From assembly GCF_963921235.1 (NCBI RefSeq), contig NC_086099.1, positions 87,296,001-87,360,000 of the forward strand: a stretch of DNA of 64,000 bases, in the 5' to 3' direction. The notes below the pieces were generated by a model. The model was given only the letters and a program-made list of their open reading frames with translations. It was not told the origin of the DNA and made no database searches. The position numbers and the translations under genes are program-made. Positions within the stretch are counted from its first letter, which is position 1. Each line of letters starts with the position of its first letter. Below, piece by piece: positions 37,286 through 51,043 of the stretch. This stretch comes from Mobula hypostoma. Taxonomy: Eukaryota.

Positions 37286-37879
37286 CAACTGTCACGGAGT
37301 TTCAGAAACTACGCGCTTTGGAATTCAGTAAGGTTAGTGTTGTCCTGTACAGGACAAAAAGGAGGGAGCATAGAAGGTGCAGTAACATCCAGGCAAGAAA
37401 GACTGTGGTGGTATGTAGTCAACCTAGATAAGGGAGACCTTTGAGATGAGACCATCGGCAGCAGCCCTGCTCATGACAGACGAGAGAGGCAAGGTGACAG
37501 CAGCAATGTGTCCAGTTATTTTATTTTATTCTCAGTGATGACAGTTATGTAGTTTTGTCAAACATCCAACACATTTTCACAAGCATATGAAAAAAAGTTT
37601 TAAAATACATATCAAAGCAAATGAAGATTTTGAATAATAACTGGCTGGATGAAGAAAATACACGTTTTACTATTAAATATTTACACTTTGTACATAAAAA
37701 AACAACTTGTGTGTAGCTCTATCGAGACAAAATACATTTAATGTTAGTTTTAAGGGCTCCTCCAATATTACACCAGATATGAATTGTTTGTCACAAGATA
37801 AACAAGATGTATTTGGCTTTTGGAAGTACTTCATTACAGGTGAAATTTTCCAATTATATGTTCCTGCATGATACCAATA

Positions 37880-38145
37880 CTAGTACATCAGGTCTTCAGC
37901 TGTCACATTTGCTTCCTCTGACTTGGTCTTCAATGTGGGGAATTGTACTCCACTGATGCACACAATTAGAATATTCACCACATGTACCACAGGACTTGCC
38001 ACACAAATCCAGAAGGAAGAGTCGAAGTATTCCTGAAGTATAACAAACTTAAAGACTTGCTCACGAAAATTGGCAACTCGTTCTGTGTGGTGGTGAAGTT
38101 TCACGGCAGCAAAAAAGCAAACAATTGCAAACAATCCACATAGAC
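37880..38145 (-). CDS. CLRN2: clarin-2 exon 3
   Basis: 266 nt after cag| acceptor: LCGLFAIVCFFAAVKLHHHTERVANFREQVFKF...SFWICVAS...KTKSEEANVTAEDLMY*. Confidence 0.96.
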
Positions 38146-39812
38146 CTGTGGAAGGAAAACATTGCAATTCCAAGATAGAATAATATAGCACATTTCCCTG
38201 TCTATAGATTTGCCTCATCTAAAACTTTTAATTTGGCTCTGCTCATGCCTCAGCCAGTTTTAGTCAATGAGAAGATGACTTACAAACAGGATAAAGATGG
38301 AGATTTAGATGATGTTAACTGGATGGGTGACTGCTGTACTGCAATGGACCTTGATGCAACATTGATTAAGGTGCTGAATTCAGTCATGCTCCTATGTCAG
38401 TCCATGATCAAGTAACTTCTAATAGAGGTGTGTACATACAAATATCAGAATGTAGAGGTGAATGGATGATGAATTCATGCATTGCAAATAACCATTTGGT
38501 ATGAAGACATAGAGGAAGCATCATGTCAAACCCAACAGATGGCATGGAGTTAATGCTTTCAAGAAAGAACTATCAGTCTCAACAGAATCCTAGCAACTAC
38601 AACGTATAACTTCTCTGCTAGGCAAGAGTGAGTTAATTAAATAATAGTTTATTATGCTTCTGATTGGAGAGATTTGTTTCTGCCTAGATATATTGTTGTA
38701 TTGTGCCCAATAATAGTTGAATGAGACACAAATTTATATTATATAAGCAACAGATGATAATAGGAACAGGAGTAATTCATCTGGCAACCCAAGCCTGCCC
38801 CATCATGCAATAAGATCATGACTGATCTACACAAACCTCCACTACTTTTTTTATAACAGTTCCCCATGGCCAATAATTCTCCAATTTTTCTAAAATTCAC
38901 CTATTACTCCTTGCCACCTGGAAAAACCTAATTACTGATCTGTGAGGGACAGACATCAATCTGAAGTACTGCTGAAGTCATCTCTCAAAAAATATTTAAC
39001 ACATGATGTACATAGTTTCTGATTTCTTTAGTATACCTTTAAGGTATATATGAGTATGCAAAGGAAGTATTTTTAAAGTGACATTGGTTCAATGCAGAAT
39101 CAGGGAGCCTTACCAAAGCTATCTACTATGATGGTAGCACTATTGATGCCTTGTAAGGAATTTTTATAATTACAAAGAGCTAAAATAACAGACATTATGT
39201 AATCTCAGCATTAATGTTAGCAAGAAAAAAAAAAGATATTTCTTTTGTAGGATGTACAGCTAATTCTTCTTAAATTATTAATTTATAAATAAAACTATTT
39301 ACTAAAGGGATATGTGAGATATTAAACAATTTAGATTAAAAACTGTGTAACAATGTAACGTTTCTGCAGATGCAAAGTATTGAAATACATTCATACAGCA
39401 TGTAAACATGCCCTTTGGCCCAACTTGTGCATGTGAAATAATCACAATATAAAGCAACAAAATATTAATGTCATGATGGTTAAGAGTCATGAGCAGCAAA
39501 AACATAAATGTTACATGTTATCAAGAAAAAAGTCTATTTTTCTTTCAAATATGTGGAATATTAATTTGAGGCATTAAAATTACTTCAGCTAATGATTGGA
39601 GACAACAGGAGACTGCAGATGCTGGAACTGGAATCAAAGAAATTGAGGAAATCAGAAGTTCAGGCAGCATCCGTGGGAGAAACTGGACAGTTGACTGATC
39701 AGGATTTTGACCCATAAAATCAATTGTCCATTTCCTTCATTTGATTATTGATGATCATATAAAGTTAGGACAGAACAGCAACAGCCCAATTTATTTATGT
39801 ACTTTGGATTTA

Positions 39813-39910
39813 AAAACTTTGGATAATGGTATGCTTTGTAACAAGCATTCACTTCCAAAGATTATTGAAACTGGAAGCTTGTAACAAAGCATACCATTAT
39901 CCAAAGTTTT
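39813..39910. repeat. inverted repeat, 34-bp arms (1 mismatch), 30-nt spacer
   Basis: aaaactttggataatggtatgctttgtaacaagc (39813-39846) pairs with gcttgtaacaaagcataccattatccaaagtttt (39877-39910). Confidence 0.92.
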
Positions 39911-40027
39911 AAATTACTGTAGTATAAGTAGCACTAATTATGTTTCAACTATTTAATATCATACATATCCCTTTATTTGAAAACAGGAAAGGAACACTGA
40001 GTTAAATATTGTATTCAATACACTTAC

Positions 40028-40207
40028 TTGCAAACAAATTCCATAGGTGGATGCCCATTGATCCTTTCATGGCTTGGTAAGGGATTTTCACTGCATTGTA
40101 AATACAAAATCCAAAACTAACCATAGCAAATGCAATTGCTAGGCAGATAAACAATATAACCAAAATGTGAACAGCAGTATTCAATGTTTTCACCAACTGT
40201 GGAAAAA
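40028..40207 (-). CDS. CLRN2: clarin-2 exon 2
   Basis: 180 nt, cag|...|gtaagt, phase 1/1: FPQLVKTLNTAVHILVILFICLAIAFAMVSFGFCIYNAVKIPYQAMKGSMGIHLWNLFA. Confidence 0.96.
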
Positions 40208-43200
40208 CTGAAAATATAGATTAAAAATATTATAACAAAAGCATGCATGTTTCTGGAAAAGGATTCATATTAATGCATATGTAAAACTGATTAACAATAA
40301 TGACAAATCTGAATTTTCAAATTAAGTTTAGTTGTCCACAGTGATGCTACTTTCCCATGACAATTATTTTCATATCTGGAATAATTTTATCAATATATAT
40401 ATTTTTTTATCTAATAGATCAATGAGTTTATCCAAGAAGTAGTGACATGTAATCTAGAACAAGGCAACTCCAGATCTGGCTTAACTGAATTAATTGCTCT
40501 TAACTGGGCCAGTGCTCAAACTGGAAGGCTCTGTAATGCAAGAGAGAATTATTGGCTGCAATGTATCGGCAGATACCTTGGGGAAAAATATTGGGAAGGA
40601 CTGGTGATTTATTTTGAATTTCATGCATTTATGTGTGCACAGAGTTCAGACATAGAGACCTGCACAAAACCAATTTCACATTACTGTCATCTTTGACAAC
40701 TCGGTATTTTTCTGGAAAATCATCATAGTCCCATTGGCTGATTATTAAATTATAGGCACACGATATGCACATAATTTACCGTATACTGCTGTAACATGAC
40801 TTTACATGACATTCTTTTATCCATTTTATCAGCACTATTATTATTCTTTAAAATTATGGTAGAGGAAAGCCTATAAGTATCTTAATTGTTAATATTCTCA
40901 ACATCATTTCTAAGACTTTTATTTCCACTTCTGCACATCTTCAATTAATCAGGTTACATTTTAAATTTATCTATATCATTCATCTGCTAGTAAACTGTTG
41001 CACATTTTTACTGTTCATTGTGAAGAAAATTATAGCAGAACTGCATATTCAGTTTACCTCCAAATTTAACTGTGTCATTTAGTTACAGAGTTTGTTATTG
41101 TGCATGACAGTCTTAGTTTTCATTTATCTTAACTCTAAAAAAGCCCAATGCTATTTTATCTCCAGTTTGAAAATTGTTATATCTTTTTCTTTTTACCTTT
41201 TTTTGATATCACCTTATGTGTTTACAGTCTCAACAAGATATTGCACAGGACTCCTAGACTCCCACTGAGTGCTGTGTGCTTCAAGTTATTCTTACTCATT
41301 GCACCTACACATGTGTGATGGACCAAGTGGCCTCATCTGTGTGATGAGTTCTGGAGCAATGAAGCTTCTTAATGGTGCTCCCAGTCCAGCAGCAGCATTC
41401 CACCCAAACAGGATTGAATGAGGAAGGATTGAGCATCTGCAATGAATTTTACAAGATCAACATACCTTTCTTATTCTGATCTGCCATTATTTTCTACCTG
41501 TTAGCACTACCCCCTACTTAAGTCATGCAGTTATTTCCTATATCAGATTGGCTGATCGATATCTTGTAAACTTCAGCCAACATGATGGAAGGTGGCAGCC
41601 AGGCACTTCAATATAATCCAATCACACAGGCATTGATGTTGTTTATTTTAGATAAGATTGGTATATGGGTAGATTCTCGTCTTCACAGTCCAGTTATTAG
41701 GTTTACTTACCTATCTTCCTAATTACCATTCAGGTAGTAAAGACAATAAAACGTTTAAAATTTTAGAGATGCTTACAAGTGTGAAGAATAAGTTTTGCTT
41801 CAAAAGGCAGCTAGTTCTTCTACAAGCTTCATAGGATTTATGAGCTCAATAAGTTTCACAGCACATATGTCATTTATCATCCAGAACGTAATTCTCTCTT
41901 CAAGTTCCGTTTATTTTTTAATGTAAATGAACTCCCATTTACATATAGCAATGTGTGCTGTTTTATCATGTTGTATATTCCACTGACATTTTGTGCTGAC
42001 ACTTGTTCTTCTTGGGCACAATAAAACTGAATGTAAGATGAAATGATCCAAAAACTGATCTGATTTAAAACAAGTTGCCCCTTTGATTTTTTTTGTATTT
42101 GACTAAATCACATTTGTGAAAATTTGTGCACACTGGAAAATGAAGAATGACTGCAATTTCAACGAGTTCTGTACCATCTTGCTACTGAAATATTAATAAA
42201 ATTTTGATCCACTCCATAATTCTCATTGAAAATGAGTCATGCTATAGATAAACTCTCATGAAAAGGTCATTTCTTTTGCAAAATGAACTATAATATTCTT
42301 TTTATATGTGGTCTTCAAGTTGAGAAATGTCAGAGTTAACACTTAACAGCTCGAAAATAGATTACCCAGCACTAACTTTTAAAGTGCTATGCAATCCAAA
42401 ATTAATTTAGTTCAGAAAAATATTATGTTAGTAATCATTTCCAGATGAAACTGACTGGACGCTTCTGATCAAAATTCATATTAGCCTGCCGAACATTTTC
42501 CCACAGACAGAAGTGTATCTAATGACATAATTTGCCGTACAGAACATATTTTTAACTCTACTAACATAAATCCAAACCAAACCTTCATACAACTCCTGCC
42601 ATGGAATAGGCTTGTTGGAAGTAGAACAACCTCATGGCAAGTTCTTGTCTTTCTAGCTACTTAAAGTTATACTCTCCTGACACTGGGAGATGTGATTGGG
42701 CAGCTTCAGAGCCAGATACAGAAAATTAAAGTTCACAGAGTATGAAACGACTAACAAGGATTTTCTTTTTTTTTACAGTTTTTGGATGCTATTCCCTCCT
42801 TAAACAGACTCCTCAATGATACATGATTGGCAATATTGCATTGGACATTTCACAATAGGCACTGCAGGCCACTCAGTTTGAGTTAGAGAGCTCAGGCAGG
42901 AGATACAGATAAGTCCATCTGTGAAGTGCTTCAAAACAATAGTCCTCAGAGCACAGCAAACGGTATACTTCGTTTCCCAATCATTATCACCAATACAGTG
43001 ACTCAATTACCAGACATGAGATATGAGATAATGTATCAGCAAGGTGCAAGATCATCATGCATTTCCACTTTGTATGTAGCTTTGCAGGTCCATTTATCTC
43101 ATCAATGAATGAATCACTGATCCAACTACTTTATTGGCTTGCTGCAATATCTCTATGTTCCTTGATGAGTGGTAAAATGCACAAATAACTTTCCTTCAAA

Positions 43201-43479
43201 GAGCAACACTTGGAAGTGCAAGCAGAGGTTGAGAGCTTTTAACATGTTGGACTGCCACAGGTATCAATAACGTTTATTCATTATTGTAATCAATGTAGTT
43301 AAAAGTAATGCACTGTTCAGTATATTGTTTAGATTAGCAAGAAATTGTTAGGGAGATGATTAATGAGCCCATATTTCAAGCTAATTAAGTTCACACTCAA
43401 TCATTCCTCATGGAGCTCCAAGTGAAGTTCACTTTAAGTCTTTGGACCAGTTGCCTATTCCAAAGTACACAAGGGAGAA

Positions 43480-43780
43480 GACCTGAGGAAGCGCCACCTT
43501 TCAAAGTGTCACACTTTCCTGCACAAGCTTGTCACCTTTGTGAGGTTGTGAAGTTTTTACACTGACTGGCAACATTCACATCTTGGAGGAGGCAACTCAA
43601 GCCACCCCCTGCCAAGCTTTTCCAAAGATGATCAGGGTAAGTCCTGGCTCATCAGACAGAGACCTCCTTCCTGAAAAGGATCATGCTCAGTGGGACTTTA
43701 ATGTCCTCTGATGAATCTGGGATGTCTTTTCCACCTTCCTGCAGCACTTCTTTCTCCTTTGACAGCCATATTGTCATCTA
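43480..43780 (-). mobile_element. possible ancient Harbinger Myb/SANT remnant in CLRN2 intron 1
   Basis: Frameshifted PRF..SEDIKVPLSMILFRKEV ... AWQGVA ... QCKNF resembles Myb/SANT-like domains. Very degenerate. Confidence 0.3.
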
Positions 43781-44309
43781 CTCTTGTTTGGCTGCTATTG
43801 GTGGATATTACTTAAAGGGCCAACACCCTTCTCTGATTGCTGTACACCAAAGATTTGGTAGTTGTGCTAAATTTGTTTCCAGACTATATTCTACTTCTAG
43901 TATTAAATACTCACATGCTTTTGTGGATTTGCTTTTGGGCAATTTCCCCTTTATTTTTGAGGGGGCTTATTTATAGATAATGCTAAACATGTGCCAAAAA
44001 CAGGTGCAATCCAATTGCTAGGAATATATGTCCTCAATCTAGCTTCAGATATGGCAGCCTTGTTCAAAGACATGACAGCCAGCAACTGGGTTGCCAATTT
44101 AATGCCAATTTAAGAAAAGTCAAGAGACTCACTAGGAGATTTGTACAATGATCTTGGTCTGAATAGTTTGCAAATGAGGGAAAAGTTCATCACTTTCATC
44201 AGGACCTGTATTTATGAGTTCCAGGGATAAAACCTGAGTGTGCCACAGAGTATATTTAAATAACAAATTAAACACAGTAACATAATTTTCCAATATTCAC
44301 TATAATTAC

Positions 44310-44562
44310 TTGTGATTTCAGAGTACCGTCCTCCAAGACCACACTTCCGTACTTTTCGTCCTCGGAATAATCCATAGTAAAGGTGTCCTATAAACTTTGC
44401 CATTTCTGGATCTGTAGCATTCACTATTTCAGCCCCTGTTTTGCACAAAATGGTACCAGTCACCCATCGTGTTGTTCCTAGTGCCACAGCAAGCAGGATT
44501 GCAGATAAAAAACTTACAATGGCAGATATAGAAAACAGAGCTTTCTTCAGAAGGTTAGGCAT
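44310..44562 (-). CDS. CLRN2: clarin-2 exon 1
   Basis: 253 nt from ATG 44562 to A|gtaatt: MPNLLKKALF...ILCKTGAEIVNATDPEMAKFIGHLYYGLFRGRKVRKCGLGGRYSEIT. The three exons total 699 nt = 232 aa + stop. Position between LAP3 and QDPR supports CLRN2. Confidence 0.96.
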
Positions 44563-46969
44563 CACATGAAATGTAATTTTAATACAGGTCTCTGTCACTC
44601 TCTTAATAAGTGAATGGCTCACGGAAGTCTTCCAGTTCTAGTTGAAGCAAAGTTGCTGCTAAATCTTACTGCAAACCTATTTTGATGCTTTACAATTCGT
44701 CACTGATGTAATAAGGTAATTTAAAGCAACTCAGACATATATTGTCCAGTGATTCATTAGTCCTACTATTGTTGTTATTCATTTGATAGTGCTTACATTT
44801 TCTTTTGAGTACATTGCAATTTTCAAAAAACCTAATAATCTTCGCACCTTCTCCAAATGCATGTTTAGCTCCTCTCAATCAATATGAAAAGGTCTAACCA
44901 TTGCTTATCTCACAGTTGTCACTTCATTGACAGTTCCAGTTTAGTTCCAGTAGATGTCTGTTCCACCAAAACAGAATATGTTGTGAACATTGGCATGACT
45001 GTAAAAAAGAAAACCAAAAAAAGACAAAAATTGGAAGGAACCACTCCTGAAATGCACTTTTGTTCTAACATTTAATGTTGTAAATCAAAATCAAAAACTT
45101 CCTTATATCAGTTTTCTAGACATGGGATTCAGTGGTATTTGAGGCCGAAGAAAAGGCTGGGAGAGAAATAGAATGATATCAATGTGCTATTCCTGAACTT
45201 TCTGCTTCAATTGAAATGAAATTCATCTTTTCCAACAAAAAAGTTCTTGATAATTCACAAAATAATACTTACTGGAAAACTTAAATTTTTGGCAATGTTA
45301 TAACTTTATATTCATGAGAATACTGTTTAGCAGCAGGGCAATAACGTTAAGATTTCCATTTTTTTTTTGACATTACTATTGACTTTGATGTACAAAATTG
45401 TAAATGATTCAGATTATGCTAAAATATTTATTTGTTGATATTAAAATTCAAAATACTGCATATCAACCTATTACATTGGACTGATTTCGGAAAGGAAATG
45501 TCATTGCCTTGTAAAATGTCCACTGGTTACCAAACTAACTGAAAGCAGAATTGTTTATAAATAATAGAGACTTCTGCAGTCCAGATCATTATTCTCTTCA
45601 GCTTATATAGAAGGAATTATCTCCTATGAATACATTTGCTTAAATGAAAATTATATGCAATCAACAAGTTCTTCTAAAAGTTAAACAATTCACATACTTA
45701 CTTATTGTAGAATTTACATTTTACTGCTCATGAAATCCAAAACTAAGATTTTCAAGTTGGTCTTTACCACTGTTTTCTTTCTCAATGAATACATTCCACC
45801 TTCATTTTAGTGTAATGTCCTCATTAAATGCTGTGGAGCTAATAAAACCCTTTGGGGCTACTATAGCCAAAGATTTTTCCTTTGCAAAGTTGATTCTTGT
45901 AGAGTAAACACAATAAGTGAACCAGCAATCTCACTGTTGGTGATTCATTAGAAGAGGAGTCTTAAAGCTGCTCATGTGACCATCTCCAAGGTTACTGTGC
46001 TGCTTAGCTCTCACTGGCTTCCTATCCCATGCTTATTGGCACATTAATAATGAAGCTTCTGCAACAAGACAGCATTGAGAATAAAGTACCCCTGGTATAA
46101 TTTATTTTGTTTAATCAATTCTATCTCGTCTTTGATTCCTGTTTTGTGAATTATAAAACAGGAATCAGAAGAATAATAACTTTAGCAAAATGGTCTACAT
46201 AGGAAGTCTTCTTCCTAGCTTTGCTATAATGAAGTCACATAAACAATCCAAACACTTCAACACAATTATGGGGTAAATTAGTTGAAGGATTCATAATCAT
46301 GGTGAAAATTTATCCATTATCAGGATATTTCTGCTCAATCAATTTTGATTGTGTTTTATCTTGTTCAAGCAAGGAATTATTATACCTTGTCTGTGCGATA
46401 TGATGTAAACATGAGCAATTTTAATTAGTTGTGGCTGAACACGTGTCTAATACAAACCTCTATTATTCATGTGATGACTCAGGGATAGAGTAACAATTTG
46501 GTGTACACTCCCCACTTCAGTGATTGTACATCTGATGTAGTAGAACATGAACTATGTGTCTAGTGGGGATCTATCAAAAACAGCATCTTACTTTTCTGCA
46601 TGGTATCTGTCAGTCCTTGATCTTCAATATTGAGTTTCAGATTTCTCTGTGATCTCCTAGACCTTCCTTGTGGGTCATTTTCACAATTCATATTTCTCAT
46701 GTCACCATACGATATAATTGAAGCCTGCTTGAAGCAAGTGGGTACCTCAGACTACCGAAGCAAGTGTTTAAAGATCTCAGTGAATAGTCCAGCCAGATTT
46801 TAGTACTTTTCCAGGTACCCCATCTGGATACTTTTCATGGTTCAGTATTGATTGCAAAGAAGACCACTTGATAAAATTAAATTAAACAGGAATCTCCTGC
46901 TTACCATTAAGATCTCTTTTTGCAAAACACAGGTCTTCTCAATATTCTAAGCGTGATTAATATTAATAA

Positions 46970-48310
46970 AATCAAAAGTCAAAGTTGGGTTGAGCTTATT
47001 GTCATATGACCAGGTGCAACAAACATCTTACTTGACTATCTGGTACAAAGTATCAGATACACATCATTCACAAAAAAATTAAATTAACGGCATAAATTAT
47101 GCAATGTTATACACATAAAGCACAAAATCCAGACCAGCTTAGTGCAAAGTGGTTAAGGTGGTCATAGTGTTGCTAAGCTAATAGTGATTAAGGTTGTGTA
47201 GGTCAGTTTAAGAACTGAATGCTTGAAGGGACATAACTGCTGGTATGGGATTTCACCTCCTGCTCTATGTAGCTATGTATAGATGACTTAGGAGAGAATG
47301 TCCCCACAATATTTTGGGCAGAGTACACTGCTCTCTGCAGCTCCTGCACATTCAAATTGCTATTGCCGTGCCATAAATCTTTGCAGGATACTTTTAACAG
47401 TTTAACTGTAGAAGTTTGTTAGAATGTTTGGTGTTTGGAGACTGTTGTGTGATTTTTACCTCTGTGCTGGGCTCAGGATCGTGCTAACATCGAGGATTTC
47501 AAAGCTGCTGACACTCTCCACTGCTGATCGACCAGTGCAGACCGGAGCATGTTTGCCCTCCTTCCCCTTCCTGATGTCAACCATCAGTTCTTCAGTTTGC
47601 TGCTTGTGTACCATTCAAGCAGCTGTCCTATCTTACTCCTGTACGTGCATTCATCACCATCTGTGATTTGTCCAACAACAGTGAATTTGTAAATGGCACA
47701 GGGGCTGTGCTTAGCCTCTCAGTTATGGTGTAGAGGGACGACAGCAGGGAGCTAAGCACACAGCCTTGAGGTGCCATTATGTTCATGATCAGCCAGGAAG
47801 AGATATTACCAGTTCTCACTGATTGAGGTCCACCAATGAGGAAGTTGAGGGTTCTTTTGTTCAGGGAGGTATGGAGGCCCAGGTCTTGAAGCTTGTTAAT
47901 AAGTTTGGAAAGGAATGTTGAACTGTAGTAAATAAACAGCAGCCTTTCTATGAGTTCCTAATGTCCAGATGGTCCAGGGTAGATCAAAGAGCCAGAGAAA
48001 TCACATCTGCTATTGACCTGTTGTGGTGGAAGGCAAATTGAAGTGGATCCAGATCATCACTAACCTACTGGGTGGTAGTCATTAAGGCAAGTCTTCGGCA
48101 CCTGTACAACAGATGACTTCTTGAGCAGGAGGGGACCTTAGATCACCAAATAAAGGGTTGAATATGTCTGTAAATATGCCAGCCCGTTGGGCCGCACTGA
48201 TCACTTATACTCAGGCAGGGTTGCCAGGTATCTTGTGGGTTCACCCTCTTGAAGGATGCCCTGATGTTGCCCTCAGAGACTGAAATTACAGAAGCTTTCA
48301 GAGATGTGGG
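46970..48310 (-). mobile_element. decayed Rex1-type LINE
   Basis: MAPQGCVLSSLLSSLYT and flanking RT remnants. Confidence 0.7.
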
Positions 48311-49084
48311 GGCTTGCATGAGTGTGTCACAGTATTTAATTTATATATATATATTTTTTTTCCTTATTGCAATTTGTAGTTTTTTATTATTAAGTATTGC
48401 AGTGTATTGCTGCTGCTGCAAAACAACAAATTTCACAACATATGCCACTGATATTAACCTGATTCTAATCCTAATTAAAGTGTTTGGCATATGAATATTT
48501 TGAATGAGAATAATATCATATTTGAATAATATAAGAACATACTAAACAACAAACACAATTACACTATAAAAAAACACAATTACACTATAAAATATTTTTG
48601 TTGAAAAATACAAGGAGCAGGAATAAATATTTGGGTATACAAATATTATGATAAAAAATAGAAAGCAATATTTACAATACCAAGCCTAACAGAAAAGGTC
48701 AGGTACATACAGCATTTCAATCAATAACAAGATGGCAATTTGACCTGCTTGCTTTTTCCGGTAGTCTGGTGTTTGCAAGGATTTGGAAGAACTTTTCAGC
48801 GCAGCTTTGAGCGTTCAAAGCATCCACACCTGAATATAGTATCCCCAAAGCTTTCGATTTGAAGTTCACTACTATAAATAGCTTTGCGTTACTGTAGAAT
48901 CCAGAAATATTCACAATATTTGATAGCTTTGCTGGTTCCGTCTAAGTCAGGGTACATGGTTTAATTGTCTTCTATATGGATGGGATTTGCTGTGCCTGAT
49001 ATCTGTCAATCCAGCCTTCTTCCACCCGCAGGTGTGATTCCATTGCCTATCACACAATAGACAGTAGACCTCTCTAATGCACAG

Positions 49085-50020
49085 ATCTTCACCCCATGGG
49101 ATTCAGCTGGTCATATTCCACAGCAGGATGGGGCTGACTGTCAATATCACCAAGAAAGAAGTGGTTTGCCAATGGAGTACCAGTGTCCCACCCACTCTAC
49201 CTGCCTTCACTGTTGGTGATGAAAAGCTGTCAGTAGTCCCATCTTTCAAATATCCGGGGAGCATTCTCTCTGAGGATAGCGGCATTGACGGCGACATCCA
49301 GAGCTGCAATAAACAGGCATCAGATGCCTTTGGGAGACTTCGGCGTTGAGTCTTTCAGAACAGGAGGCTTCGTCCCTCCACAAAGGTCGCCGTATACCAA
49401 GTGGTCTATGTCACCACCATCCTTTATAGCTGTGAAGCTTGGGTAACCTACAGCTGTCACATCAAGTCCTTGGAGCGCTTCCACATAAGCTGCCTCCAGC
49501 GCGTCCTGGGAATTACCTGGCGTGAGCAGGTGCCTCACACTGAAATACTTGTAAAGACCAACTGCAGAAGTATTGAGGCCATGATCACCCAGCGTCAGCT
49601 GCAGTGGCTGGGGCATGTGATAAGGATGCCCCTATGTCGGCTACCCCGCAGAGTGTTATACGGCCAGCTGCATCATGGTCGACGCTCAGCTGGAAGGCTG
49701 AAGAAGCGCTATAAAGATCAGATGAAGAATGCTTTAAGGAAGTGCAATATCAGACCCGAGGACCTGGAGGAGGTTGCTGCTGATCGTACCACTTGGCGAC
49801 AGCTGTGTAGGGATGGGGTTCATATTCTGGAGATGGAAAGAACAACCAGAAGACAGCAGAAGAGAGCCAGGAGAAATGCAGCCATGGTTGCCACCACTAC
49901 TACATATACATGTCCCACCTGCAATAGAGCTTGTGGGTCCAGGATAGGACTGTATAGTCATCAAAGATCTCACCATTAAAGGAGTGGATATCGTCATCGG
50001 ATTTTGATGGACAACCGAAG
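49085..50020 (+). mobile_element. RTE-clade LINE 3' fragment
   Basis: GLTVNITKKEV; FKYPGSILS; ILYSCEAW; LQWLGHVIRM; RYKDQMK; terminal CPTCNRACGSRIGLYSHQRSH. Confidence 0.9.
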
Positions 50021-50879
50021 AATTCCACAGAGCTTTATTTGACTGGATCCAGGTGTTCAAATTTTATTCAGAAGCCAGTGATGAGTGTGGATTGTTTGTT
50101 CTGGGCCGATGATTATCCTTTCACCGGTATATCTGAGTCAATTTATTTATTGAGATACTGCACAGAATAGCCCTTTAAGCCATGCCGCCCAGCAACCGCC
50201 CGATTTAATCCCAGCCTAATCACAGGAAAATTTACAATGACCAATTTACTACCAACTAGTGCGTTTTTGGATTGTGGGAGGAAACCAGAGCTCCAGAGGA
50301 AACCACCACCCACAAATCCTACAGGCAGAGGTGGGAAATGAACTAGCGTCTCTGGTACTTTAAAACATTGTGCTAACCACTACGCTGTCATGCCACCCTT
50401 TTCTGAAGGCTGCTTCATTAGCAGCTTGATATGTACTAATCTGTAGTGTTACCACATTCCTGACTCTGCAACAGTGACTGCTTTTAATGAAAATATTTCA
50501 TTAACAATTGAACTTTGGGACATTTTGAAAAGATTGTAAAAGATGTTATCTAAATTCAAAGTTTTCTTTGTATTCTGTTGTAACCCAATTTGAAAAATAA
50601 AGTATTTTTTATGATATGAAATGCAGGTTCCCTTTTTTGGTTTATTAAGAAAATACGTGGTAGGCACTGAGAGTGGTGATTGATTCTCCTGTTCTGTGGT
50701 GCTGGTTATTTTCGGGCCGGGCAGCATCTATGGGAAAAAGTTCAATCGACGTTTCCATTAATGCTGCCTAGCCTGCTGAGTTCCTCCAGCATTCTGTGCG
50801 TGTTGCTCAGATGTCCAGCATCTGCAGATTTCTCTTGTCTTGTTTGCTGGTCGTTTCCAGTTTAGTTTTGTGTAGAGGT

Positions 50880-51043
50880 TGCAGTAAGTCCTCCGGGGCG
50901 AAGGTGGTGCTGATGGCAGATGGAGTCGAACCTTCTTTCAACCCATGTTTGGGCTGAGTGCCTCAGTGAACGTCGTCAACTGAGTGACAGTGTGCAGCAA
51001 CCAGGAACAACCGACCTGCTTTCGTTCCGCAAGACGATAGGCA
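50880..51043 (+). promoter_or_regulatory. QDPR promoter / 5' UTR region
   Basis: Local CpG enrichment immediately upstream of the QDPR ATG. Divergent from CLRN2. Confidence 0.45.

Larger units (their letters stand above)
29410..37550 (+). mobile_element. decayed endogenous retrovirus (epsilon/gamma-like): partial LTRs, leader, gag remnant, RNase H, integrase, env
   Basis: Shared terminal motif ggtgacag...tccagttattttattt...atgacagtta at about 29425-29545 and 37494-37548. RNase H QLWKPHGFLTP and VAHS...NKRADSFAK; integrase LFEDLQMDLIQLP, SDGGPHSTG; env CWVC, ISD and CX6CC. Interrupted by Rex1, R4/Dong and CR1 insertions. Confidence 0.75.

Noticed and set aside
48717-49050. Possible exon between CLRN2 and QDPR
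   Set aside because: No frame gives a recognisable protein and no convincing splice-site pair was found.
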